Virus record (IMG/VR): IMGVR_UViG_3300020460_000012
Strand: one strand, 5' to 3'
From: a virus
Lineage: Duplodnaviria; Caudoviricetes
DNA length: 64,000 bases
This document shows positions 1-12,000 of the stretch, in pieces. The first letter of the stretch is position 1. The number at the start of each line of letters is the position of its first letter. The notes beneath the pieces were generated by a model. The model had not been told where the DNA came from and did no database searches. It saw only the letters and a list, made by a program, of their open reading frames with translations. The position numbers and the translations under genes are program-made.

Positions 1-2
1 AA

Positions 3-3000
3 TCTGAAGTTGATAACACATTGGCTGCAGACTTCCAACAATGGCTAAGATTAATTGGTAGCAAAGAATATACAGAACATGATTTTTACGATCCTAACAA
101 TAGTTTCACATTTAACTACGCAAGTGCTAGCACACCTCTTGGTAATGGTCATCCAGGTTTCTGGAGAGGTGCCTACATGCATGCGTATGGTACAGATCGT
201 CCAAATGCAACACCTTGGGAAATGTTAGGCTTTACAATGAAACCAACCTGGTGGGAAGCAACCTATGGTCCTGCACCATATTCAGGAGATAATCTTGTCC
301 TATGGAAAGACTTAGAAGAGGGAAGAATAAAGGAGCCTGGAGTTGCAGAAGTAGTTAACGGCAAATATGCTAGGCCTGGATTAACAAATCATATACCTGT
401 AGACGGCCAAGGAAAATTAAGATCACCAAGAGATAGTAATTTTGCTAGGGCTTTTTTAAGACGTCAAGCTACTAATGGTTGGAAGTTTGGCGACCATGCA
501 CCAGTAGAAACTGCCTGGAGAAGAAGCAGTGAATTTCCGTTTGCAATACTATTAGCATATTTGCTAAACAAACCAGCTAAAGTAATGGGATTAGGTTTTG
601 ATGTATCTAGGACAAAGAAAAATTTAGTCAAACAATGGATACAAAATGATACAAACAAACCTATACAGCTTTCTACTGCAAAGTTACCAAATACTTACAA
701 AGATGATACTAGGGTACTAACCTGTGGATTAGTAAATTACATATATAACTTGGTAGCAAGTGATGTACTTTCAGTGTATACTGATTATAAAAATAATCTT
801 GCAAACTTGCGAAATCAATTAGGCTTTAAAGTTGGAGGATTTACCGACACAAGCAAGTTTAATTTAATACTTGATAGCAGGTCTCCCACCAAGCAAGCAG
901 ATAGAGATGGAATATTTGTTCCGCAAGAAAGTTTCAAAGTCTTTAACAACACAAGTAGTCCTTTAGAGATGGTGACATATAGTGGTATGTCTGTGGAAAA
1001 AGCTGGATCAGGATATATTATTAGAGGATACAGTAATACTTCGCCAGAGTTTGAATATTATAAACCTAAACAAGGATCATCAAAAATAACTGTCACTGTT
1101 GGAGGAATATCTGAAGCTTCGAGTGAATGGTCTGCAAATACATTTTATGAAAGAGGTCAAGTAATACAATTTAAAAATGAGTTTTATAGGGCGGCAAGAC
1201 AATTTACAAGTGGCGACACATTTACAGCAGATGATACTGTAGCAAAATTAGATGAATTACCTATAACAGGAGGCAGGACAGCACACTTCTTTAAAGATTT
1301 TGACGAAACAGAAGTCTTTAAATTACAGTATGGTACAAGATTATCAACTACACAAGAAGTTGTAGATTTAATGCTAGGTTATAATGCTAGACAAAAAGTG
1401 TTAGGATTTAGTTTTAATGAAGTTGACTCTTTCAATGAGAAAGTTGAAAACTGGGAAAATACTGCAAGAGAATTTATGTTCTTTACTACACAAGGATGGG
1501 CGGCAGGCACAGTTATAACATTAAGTCCTGGAGCACCTAAAATAGAATTTAGTAGACCTAATGTTGTAGTTGATAACCTTTATGACACATTCTATGAATA
1601 TAGCATATTTAAAGCTGATGGACAACCATTATCTGCAGAATTAAATGGAGTAGTAAGAGAAGGTAATAGTTTTGGGTTAGCTGTAGCAGATTCTGATGAA
1701 GGCATATATCATGTAGCATTACCTTTAGTACAAAAAGAACACGTAATTCTATTAGAAAATAAAACAGCATTTAGTGATGTAATTTACGAACCAAAATCCG
1801 GATACAGACAAGAACGTATCAAGGTAAGTGGATATAGAACAGCTGATTGGGATGGAGGATTAAATCTACCTGGATTTTTATATGATGAAGCGAAAATAGT
1901 AGATTGGTCTCAGTGGAAAGATTACAAAATTGGAGAATTAGTCAAATATAAGCAATTCTATTACACAGCAAAAAATAACATTCCTGGTTCCAAAAATTTT
2001 AATGCAAGTAGTTGGTTACAATTATCAAATAAGCCTGAACCAGAGCTAACAGCAAACATGGATTACAAAGCTAATCAGTTTACTGATTTCTATGATTTAG
2101 ACAGTGCAGGTTTTGACAGTGAGCAACAGAGATTAGCACAGCATCTAATAGGTTATCAAAAAAGACAATATCTAGCAAATATTATTAATGACGATGTAAG
2201 TCAATTTAAATTTTATAGAGGATTCATTGGTGAAAAGGGTACTATGAATGCTCTTACAAAATTATTTGAATCTTTAGGTACAGGACAAGAGTCTGCTTTA
2301 GATTTTTATGAAGAGTGGGCAATTCAAACAGGAAGGTTTGGTGCAACAGACAATACTAAACAGGTTGAATTTAGTCTCAAAGAAGATTTAATGACAGAAA
2401 CACCTCAAGCGTTTGAGTTGCTTAATACATTACCTACAACTAATTACGAAAAAGTTTATAGAATATTACCTAATGAAGTTTTTGATAAACCTGAGAATTA
2501 TAATCATGAACCGTTCCCTACAAAAGTAATATCATCAGCAGACGAATATATAAAGACAGGTGGATATGTATCTGAAGAAGATGTAGCATTTGTTGCAGGA
2601 TCAATTCCAGAACTTGCATTAGGTGATGTAAATGCAGTAAACCTAGGCGATTATATATGGGTTGTTGAAACAGGGAAAAATACTTGGAGTGTGTATCAAG
2701 TGATTCCTGCGAACGTCAATGTAGTATCAGCAACAGTAAGAACAGATACTATTTCGAACGATGGTATGCGTTTAATTGACTTACAACTTGACACATGGGC
2801 AGATATTCCATATGATGGAATTAAAGCACTTATCACTGTAAATGATATTATTGGTGTACGTGGCGCGACTGCATATAATCTTGATGGCATGTATGCAATA
2901 GAAAAAGATGGAATAGATTTAACTAAAGTAACAATTAAAGCAGATATAAATGTTGAAACAGAAGACTTTGAAGGCGAATCATTTCAAGTTGTTAAATTTA

Positions 3001-6000
3001 GAGAAGTGCGTAGAGCAACTATTGACGAACTTAATGTAAGTCGTTATGACATGTATGAAAAGCAAAAAGTATGGATAGATAATTATAATGGTGATTGGGC
3101 CGTACTTGAGAATAATCCAGCATTTTCAGAAAACCAAACAATTTATAATACATCAGATTTTGATAGCACCGCACATGATTTTAGTAAAGGTGGCACTGTT
3201 ACAGAAAATAACAATGATGTTTTTGTTTCTGCACCAGGAGACGGTTCAGGAAAAATTACGCATTATAAAAGAACAAACGAAAAGAATAATTTAGTTTATG
3301 ATAATGTAATTCAATTAGATGCTAATGATGATTTACTTAATACTGCAAGCACTTCAAGATTTGGTGAAAGTATATCAGTAAGCCCAGACGGCGAATACTT
3401 AGCAGTAGGTATGCCAAACGCAACTGGAATCAAAACAAAATTTAAAGGTGACTTTGACAAAACACAAACTTACACTAAAGCTGATATTGTAAAGTATAGA
3501 GAAAGTTTATGGAAAGCAAACAGAGAAATACTTCCAGAAATTTCTTCGCAAGCATTTACTACATTTGATACATATGTTAACTTGGCTGCTTCTGCTGATG
3601 CAGACTCTACAACTTTACAGCTACTAGTAGCAGGTGATCCTGGTTTAGCTAATAATACAGTAGATCATTTACTAGTTAGAGCACCAAAAGACATGTATTT
3701 AGGCACTTCTGCAGGAGATACTATTAGTTTATATTGGAATCAGCGAAGTTTTGCTTATCCTACATTAGATAATTATTTGCCGTTCAACGGTGCAATCCCT
3801 CAAATTAATTTTAGTTTTCTAACAGGCCAGCATACGATTGTCCATAAAGTTGATCATGTGTTGTTTGTATCAACATTTGTTACACTACCTACTGTAGGTC
3901 AAACAGTTACAACAAACACTGGTAGTGCTACAGTCGCATACGTAGGAACAAAAGCTGATAGTGCAGTAATTTATATTAAAGACACTAATGGTATATTCAA
4001 TGTTACAGATGAATTGTTTATTGACGAAACAATATTTGTTGGTTTTTATTCTGAAACATCAACTTACAACACAAGTTCAGCTGTAGATGGATTTTGGTAT
4101 ATTAATACTGGATTTAGTTATTCTAATAATGCAACATACTATGACACAGGTAGAGGATTAGTATATGCAGATGTTAGATTAGCTTCATCATCAAGAGCAT
4201 TTAATACATATTCAAATATTCAACAGGCTGTAGGTTCGATTGGATCATATGTTAAGAATAAAAATAGAGCCAGCTATATTACACATTTATCTTACAGAGG
4301 TGATCCAGGCGGCGTCGAAGCAGATCAACTAAGCAACAAATGGGTAGTAAGAGGTGAAAAATCTTATACTGACACTTTAAGTGCAGGAGATGAAACTGAA
4401 TTTAGAATATATGATCTAGAAAACAGAACAGTGGATGTTACTTCGGCTGGATTTAGTCTAGCTATTTTAAATAAAAAACAAACTATTGTAGATCTTTGGG
4501 ACGGATATATAGATTTTACTTTTGATGAATTTGATTTTAACGGAAATGTATTCGAACCTGTAATAGGAGATATAATCAGTGATGTACAAATTCCAAACGA
4601 CGGACAAGGCGGGTTGGCAATTACAACTCAAACTACAAGCACAGCGGAAGTTGTATTTTATAGAAGAAACTTTAACAGCGTAAGAGTTTATGTAAAAGCA
4701 TTAAGCGGCGATTGGAGCCAGTTAACAAACATAGGCAAGTATTCTATACAACGTAATGCAAATACAGCAGTAAGAGGAATTGCTGACGTAAATCGTGTTA
4801 TGGGCACAGTAGCTGACGTAGACAATGATATTGCAGTTGGGACTGCTACTGTAGGTAAATTAATAGTATTTGAAAATAGTTCACAATTCAATGTTGTTAC
4901 TAATCCAGAAATTGTTGATGAGGAATATTGGTTCTTTAACGAAAATACAGAACAGGGTATTTCTAGGACAGAAAATCCTCCATATAGTCTGAACAAAGAT
5001 TACACACAAGTATTTCATATACAAGCAGAAGCTACTGGAGTAGCAGGTCCTAACACAGAAGGTGCGGTAGCAATATATAGAAGAACTGAAGGAGGAAATT
5101 ATAGACGACAGTATGTGTTTGTTTCTGAACATAGAAAAGAAAATAGAAAATTCGGCAAAAAAGTCAAACTAGTACAAAAAGGAAATTATTATACACTTGC
5201 AGTTTCAAGCGAAGGTTTAGGTACAAGAGAAGATCCAGGTAGTATCGAATTTTATAGGCATGGTGTTAAGCCAGAACAAGTCAATAATTTTAGAGGCAAT
5301 TATCAGATAGCCGCATACAGTGTTGGCGATATTGTAAAAAATAATGATTTATTTTACCTTTGTATAAGAGCCGCGGCTAGCACAAATTTTGTTTCTGATC
5401 CTGTGTATTGGGAAAATATAAGTTGGAAGCACGGAAAAGACAGAAATTATAGAGGTGTATGGGACAATACTTACAGATATGAAAAAGGCACTATAGTAGA
5501 ATACAATAATCAACTTTACAAAGCAAAAACTAATATTGCGGTAGGCGCTAGTTGGGCACCAACTAGCTGGGATTTGCTAACAACTAATATAGACTATATT
5601 GGAATGTTACCAAATAGAACGAGTAAAACTTTTTATACAGACGAAAACATATTTGATCCTATACAGGATATACAACAATTTAGTAAAGATTTCGATCTAA
5701 GCAAAGATGGAGATGTGCTTGTTACCACAAGCACACAAGTTGCTACAGATAGTACCAGAGATATTGCAGTAGTAATATACAGAGAAGTAGATGATAAGTT
5801 TCAGTTTTCTCAAATGATCACTGAAAAATCAGCAGTTGACGGCTTTGCTGATAAAGTAAGTATGAATCCTGAAGGAACAAAGATTGCTGTTAGTGCTCCT
5901 TTGGAAGATACTACAAGAATTAATCAAGGCGTTGTAAACATTTATAGTGCAGATACTAGCGGAACATTCGGTACCCCAATTACTACGTCAACGCAGATAG

Positions 6001-9000
6001 ACTGGACACAGTTTGCTACAGCAGTTTTAGAAATGTCTTCAAATAACTTTACTCATCCACTAGTACCTTTCTTAAAAACGCAACATACAGATGGAAGAAT
6101 TTATGCTGATGCTAATTTAAGTGGAAATATTGCAGATAGTGTAGATCAACAAGCAGATGATATAAATGTTTGGGACGCATTAGAATGGCAAAGATATGCG
6201 GCTGATCAAGATAATCATACGGTTAACAGTCATTCTTGGATAGATGGCACAGTAAAATCTGCATTTCTTAAAGTAGCAAGTTCTTATCCTTCGGCTTTGA
6301 AAACAGTAAATGTTGATGTAGGAGAATGTACACCTAATCAAATTTTACTTCCACCACAAGACGAAGAATCAGAAAAGTTTGGTCATAGTGTTGAATGGGG
6401 ATCAGAATACTTGGCTATATCAAGTCTTAATGGGGATCAAAAAATTCCTACAGAATTTGATACATATACAAAAACACAAACAGATTCATATCAGTTAGAT
6501 GTAACCTCTGATAGGAAACAAACACCTACTACTTTTGACAATAAATTTACCACATTTAAAAATATAAAAATTGACAAAGGTGTTATATATCTGTACGAAA
6601 CACTAGAAAACAAAGTAACACAATCAGAAGTTATTACGTTTCCATTAATACAAACAACGTTCGGAGAAAATCTTCTAGCACAAGGAAATCATTTGTATGT
6701 AGGTTTACCTCAACAATTTGATAATAATAAAAGAGGTGCTGTAGTTGATTTTAGAAAACTGCCAGGAAATAATGCTTGGAAACAAATAAGAAGCAGTGTT
6801 ACTCCTGTTGATGTAGATAAAATTAGAGGAGCATTTTTATATAATAAAAGAGAAAATCAAATTGTTACATATCTTGATTTCATAGATCCTGTGCAAGGAA
6901 AAATAGCAGGTATTGCAGAACAAGAAATTGATTTCAAAACAAAATATGATCCTGCTTTCTACAATACAGGACAATTGGCAGATGATAATGTTGATCCTAA
7001 TAGGCACTGGGCTGAAAAGTATATAGGTAAAGTATGGTGGAATATTGCAGGAGCAAGATTTGCTCATCCTTATCAAGGTAGTACTAATTTCCAAAGAAAC
7101 GTTTGGAACACACAATTAGAAGGCTCAACAATTAATGTTTATGAATGGGTAGAAAGTAAATTACTACCATCTACTTGGGATTCTATTGCTGATACAGATG
7201 AAGGGTTAGCACAAGGTATTAGCGGAATAAGTTTGTTTGGTAATACAAAATATACAACAAGATTAGTATATGATAGTGTAAGTAAAACTTTTAATAGTCT
7301 ATATTACTTCTGGGTAGAAAACAAAAAAACAATACCTGCAAACACAAAACGTTTATTAAGTATTAGAAACATTGCCGCACTTATAGGAAATCCAAAAGAT
7401 CAAAAATATAGATATCTTAGTTTGCTATCTAAAAATAAGTTCCTATTAACAAATTGTAATGACATTGTTAATAATGACGATATTGTTTTAAACATAAAAT
7501 ATACAAATGATAATTTACAAAAACAAAAACAAAATACACATAGTCAATATCAAATTTTAAGTAAAGGCTTATCTACTAGTGTGCCAAATCCTGATATACA
7601 ATTAAAATGGTTTGATAGTTTGATAGGATTTGATGATAAGGAGCGTAAAGTCCCTAACACTGATGTACCAGTAAAAAGTAGATACGGAATTCAAAACAGA
7701 CCAAGACAAGGAATGTTTGTTAACAGATTTGAAGCACTAAAACAATTTATTGAACGTGTAAATCTTGTATGTAAACAAAACCTATTAGCTGACGAATATG
7801 ATCTAAGTTCATTATCTATGAAAGAACCTTTGCCTACTTTATTAAGTGGCGAATATGATCATAAAGTAAGTACCTATAGCGAAATAAATTTTATTAGTAC
7901 AAGTAAAGTAACTCCTGCAAAGCTTACTCCTGTAGTCCTAAATGGTAAAATTGTTAGAGTAACAATTGATGATGCAGGTAGAGGATATAAAGTTGCTCCA
8001 AGACTTAAAATTACCGGCGCAGGAAAAGATGCTGAAGTAAAATTAACTATAGATACTTTAGGAAAAATTACTTCTGCAACTGTAGAAAATCAAGGAACAG
8101 GTTATGATGAAAATACTTACATTAGTGTAAGGAGATACAGCGTATTAGTTGAAGCTGATAATACAGTGTTTAATAAATGGGCATTGTATTCTTGGAACGA
8201 AACTGATAGTGTATGGTTTAGAAGAAGCATACAAGACTATGACGTAACACAGTTTTGGAGTCAAATTGATTGGTATGCAGATGGCTACAATCAATTTACA
8301 GAAATAGATGATATAATTGCAGGTTCTTACTTACTTACAAGTCTTGATAATAGCATAGGTGATGTTGTAAAGATTAATAGTGTAGGATCTGGCGGATGGC
8401 TACTATTAGAAAAAATTGCAGATGAAGATACAGAAGATTATACAGTAAATTATAAAACAATTGGTAGACAAAACGGAACAATTGAATTTAATGATAGATT
8501 ATATGATTATACAAAAAACACTGTAGGTTTTGACAATAGAAGTTTTGATAGCTATTTCTACGATAATACGCCTGCAAAAGAATTAAGAATAATACTTAAT
8601 GCAATAAAAGACAAAATTTTTATAGGTACTCTTGCAGTTGAATATAATGAATTATTTTTTGCTTCATTAAGATATGTATTAGCTGAGCAAAAAGGTGCTG
8701 ATTGGTTATTTAAAACAAGTTTTGTTAAAGCTAAACACAATCTTGGACCTTTATACCAAGATCTAACATTTAATAATGATAATTTAGCAAATTACGAAGC
8801 TTACATTAATGAAGTGAAACCATATAGCACGAATGTTAGGGAATTTGTAAGTAATTATTCTACAGTACAAGAAACTAATACAACAATTAGTGATTTTGAT
8901 TTACCGCCAGAATATAATAATTTAACAAAAGCTATAGAAGCTAGTAAGGCACAAGTTATTGATGGTGTAGTAGTTTCTTCACCAAACAGTGCAAGTATAT

Positions 9001-12000
9001 ATCCTAGAAAACATTGGGCTGATAATAATTCATATCAAGTAAAAGAAATTAAAATTAGTAATCCAGGTAGCGGATATACATATACACCTACTGTAAAAAT
9101 TACAAACACAGAAGGATCTGGTGCTACTGCAAAAGCATATTTAGGTTATGGTAAAATTACTAAAATAGAAGTAACAAACCCTGGCTCAGGATATATTAAG
9201 CAACCTATTGTTACTATAGAAGGGCCGCAAAGTGAAGGTAGTGTAAAAGCTACTGCTACAGCAATTCTTGGTAATGGTGTTGTAAGAGCTCCTACTATTG
9301 TAACTAAATTTGATAGAATTTCAGGTAAAACATACTATACTACATTATTACAAGAAAGCACATTTGCAGGCACAGGTTCTCAATTAACCTACAATTTAGA
9401 ATGGCCAATGGACCTTTCAGCTTCAAAAGTTAAGGTTTTTGTAGGCAAAGATGCAAATAATTTAGTTGAACAGTTAAGAAGTGCTTATACTTTTACTAAT
9501 ATTGAAAATGATACAGCAGGTTATACACGAGAGCAAGGTAGAATTACATTTACAACTCCACCAAAAAATAATGATGTTATAAAAATAAGTTATTATAGGC
9601 CTTTAAGCTTGCTTACAGCTGAAGATAGAATAAACTTCGCATACAATCCAACAAAAGAAATGTATGGTAAAGAACTATCACAACTAATGACAGGTATAGA
9701 TTATGGCGGAGTTCAAGTTCGTAGTTTTGAATTTGATAAACCAGCTGGTTGGGATAGTGCAGGCTGGTATACAGATAGTTGGGACACATTTGATAATACA
9801 TTTGAAGATGAAGTTTTTTATAGTGATGGTTCTACAAATGCTGTACAGTTGACAAAACCAATGGCAAATGGCATTATGTATAATTTTTACTTGAACGGTG
9901 TACGTATTGATGATCCAAATTATGATAATAGCACCCTAAATAAAAACCCTAGTGCAATTACAAATTCGATTATAGGCGATGGAGTTACAGATACATTAGA
10001 TTTAGAAACTATGGGTATTAGGTTAGCACCTAGTGATGTTTTAATAATAAGAAAAACTACTAGTGATGGAAGCACATTGCCTGATGCAGAAAGTTATGAT
10101 ACAGCATTGTCTGGAGGTGACTTGGCATATAAAACAGCAACAGGTTTAAAAGCAGAAGATATTATTATCGATGGTGATGACTTTGTAACACCTACAACAA
10201 GTGGCGGTCCTGAAGAGCTTGTTCCAGGACAAGTACTAGATACTTTAGACATAAAAGTGTTTACAAGAGATAGTGCAGGACAAGGAAGAATACACAGTCA
10301 AAGCTATACAATGACTAATCAAACCATTTATGATTTAGGTGTAATTCCAAGAACTGCTCCTGCTGTAATAGTGAAAGTTGCTAACGTAATTCAACCTACT
10401 AGCAATTACACAATTGATTGGAATTTGAATACAATAACTTTAAATAATCCAACTCCTGGTGCAGAGTTAAACATAATTGCAATGGCACAAGGTACACAAA
10501 AAGTTTTAGATTTCGGCACAGGACAATCAGTAGCTGGCCAATCAGATTACCTTACAACAGTTGACTGGGAAGAAGGAGTTAGTGTTTTTGTAAGTGTCAA
10601 TGGTGTGGCATATAATGATGTGGTTGTATTTAATAGTGCAGAAGATAGTGTTCCAGGACCAGCAAAGGTTGGTATTAGATTTAGTACTCCTTTAGAAGCA
10701 TCTAACTACAAAATACATTACACAGTATTCAGTGATAGCACAAAAATAAATTACAGTCAAGTAAGCAAAGACCAATTCCAAGCAGATGGTACAACTAAAT
10801 CATTTTCTCTTGCTACTACTCCATTTTATGCAAAACCAAATGAGCATAACATAATTGTAAAAGTTGCAAATAAAATTTTAAATCCTGGTTATAATATACA
10901 GTATACTATAGATTCAGATAATACGAGAGAATATAAAATTGAATCTTTCCAACAGCCAATAGGATCAAATGCGGCATCTGATATTAAAGTATTTGTTGAT
11001 GGAGTAGAAAAGTTTACTCCAAATGAGTGGAGATTTGATATTGCTAATAGCCAAGTTGTGTTGGCTGATGAAGTAGGTAAACCTGGCTCTACTGTAGAAC
11101 TTTTTGCAATTACAGATGGCGAATACAGGATAACAGGAAATGTAATCACGCTTGATAGTACTCCAGCTCAAGATACAATTATTGAAGTTTTCCAATTTTC
11201 AAATCATGATTTACTTGGCCTAGAAAGAATCAACTATGACGTTGTTAAAAGGACTTTGTTATTATCAACTGATGTACAAAATACAACATATAACAGATTA
11301 ACAGTAGGAGAAATTACACTTAGAAGTAAAGCAGTAGATGCTGAATATGTATGGGTAAGTGTAAACGGTGAATTGCTTACGCCTAGTGTTGATTATTATC
11401 TTACAGATGACCAAATGAAGGTTAGGTTAGTAAGAACACCAGAAGCAAATGATGTAATTGATGTATTGCACTTTAGCGAAAAAGTAAGTACAGAAAAATT
11501 TGCATATAGACAATTTAAAGATATGTTAAACAGAACACACTTTAAGCGTTTAGATAAAGAAGCTACTACTCTTAGTGTTCCACTGAATAGCACAGATTTA
11601 AGAATAGAAGTTGTAGACGGGACTAACTTATCAGTACCTAGCAAAGGACAGAATATTCCAGGAGTACTTTTTATAAATGGAGAAAGAATAGAATATTTTG
11701 TAAAAGAAGGCAATACATTAAAGCAATTAAGGAGAGGTACACTTGGTACAGGTGTAAAATCAGTTTACCCAGCAGGTCAAAAAGTATTTGATCAGAACAT
11801 AAGTAAGACTATACCATATAAAGATATGACACAGTCACAGAGCTTTAATGGAGATGGTGCTACTACTGCATTTACTTTAGGATTTGATGTTACATCTGCA
11901 GATGAAATTGAAGTATTTTCTGCAGGTTCAAGACTAAGAAAAACAACTTTACAATCTTTTGATCCAGCAGTAGCATTAGATAGTCCAGATGGTGATACGA

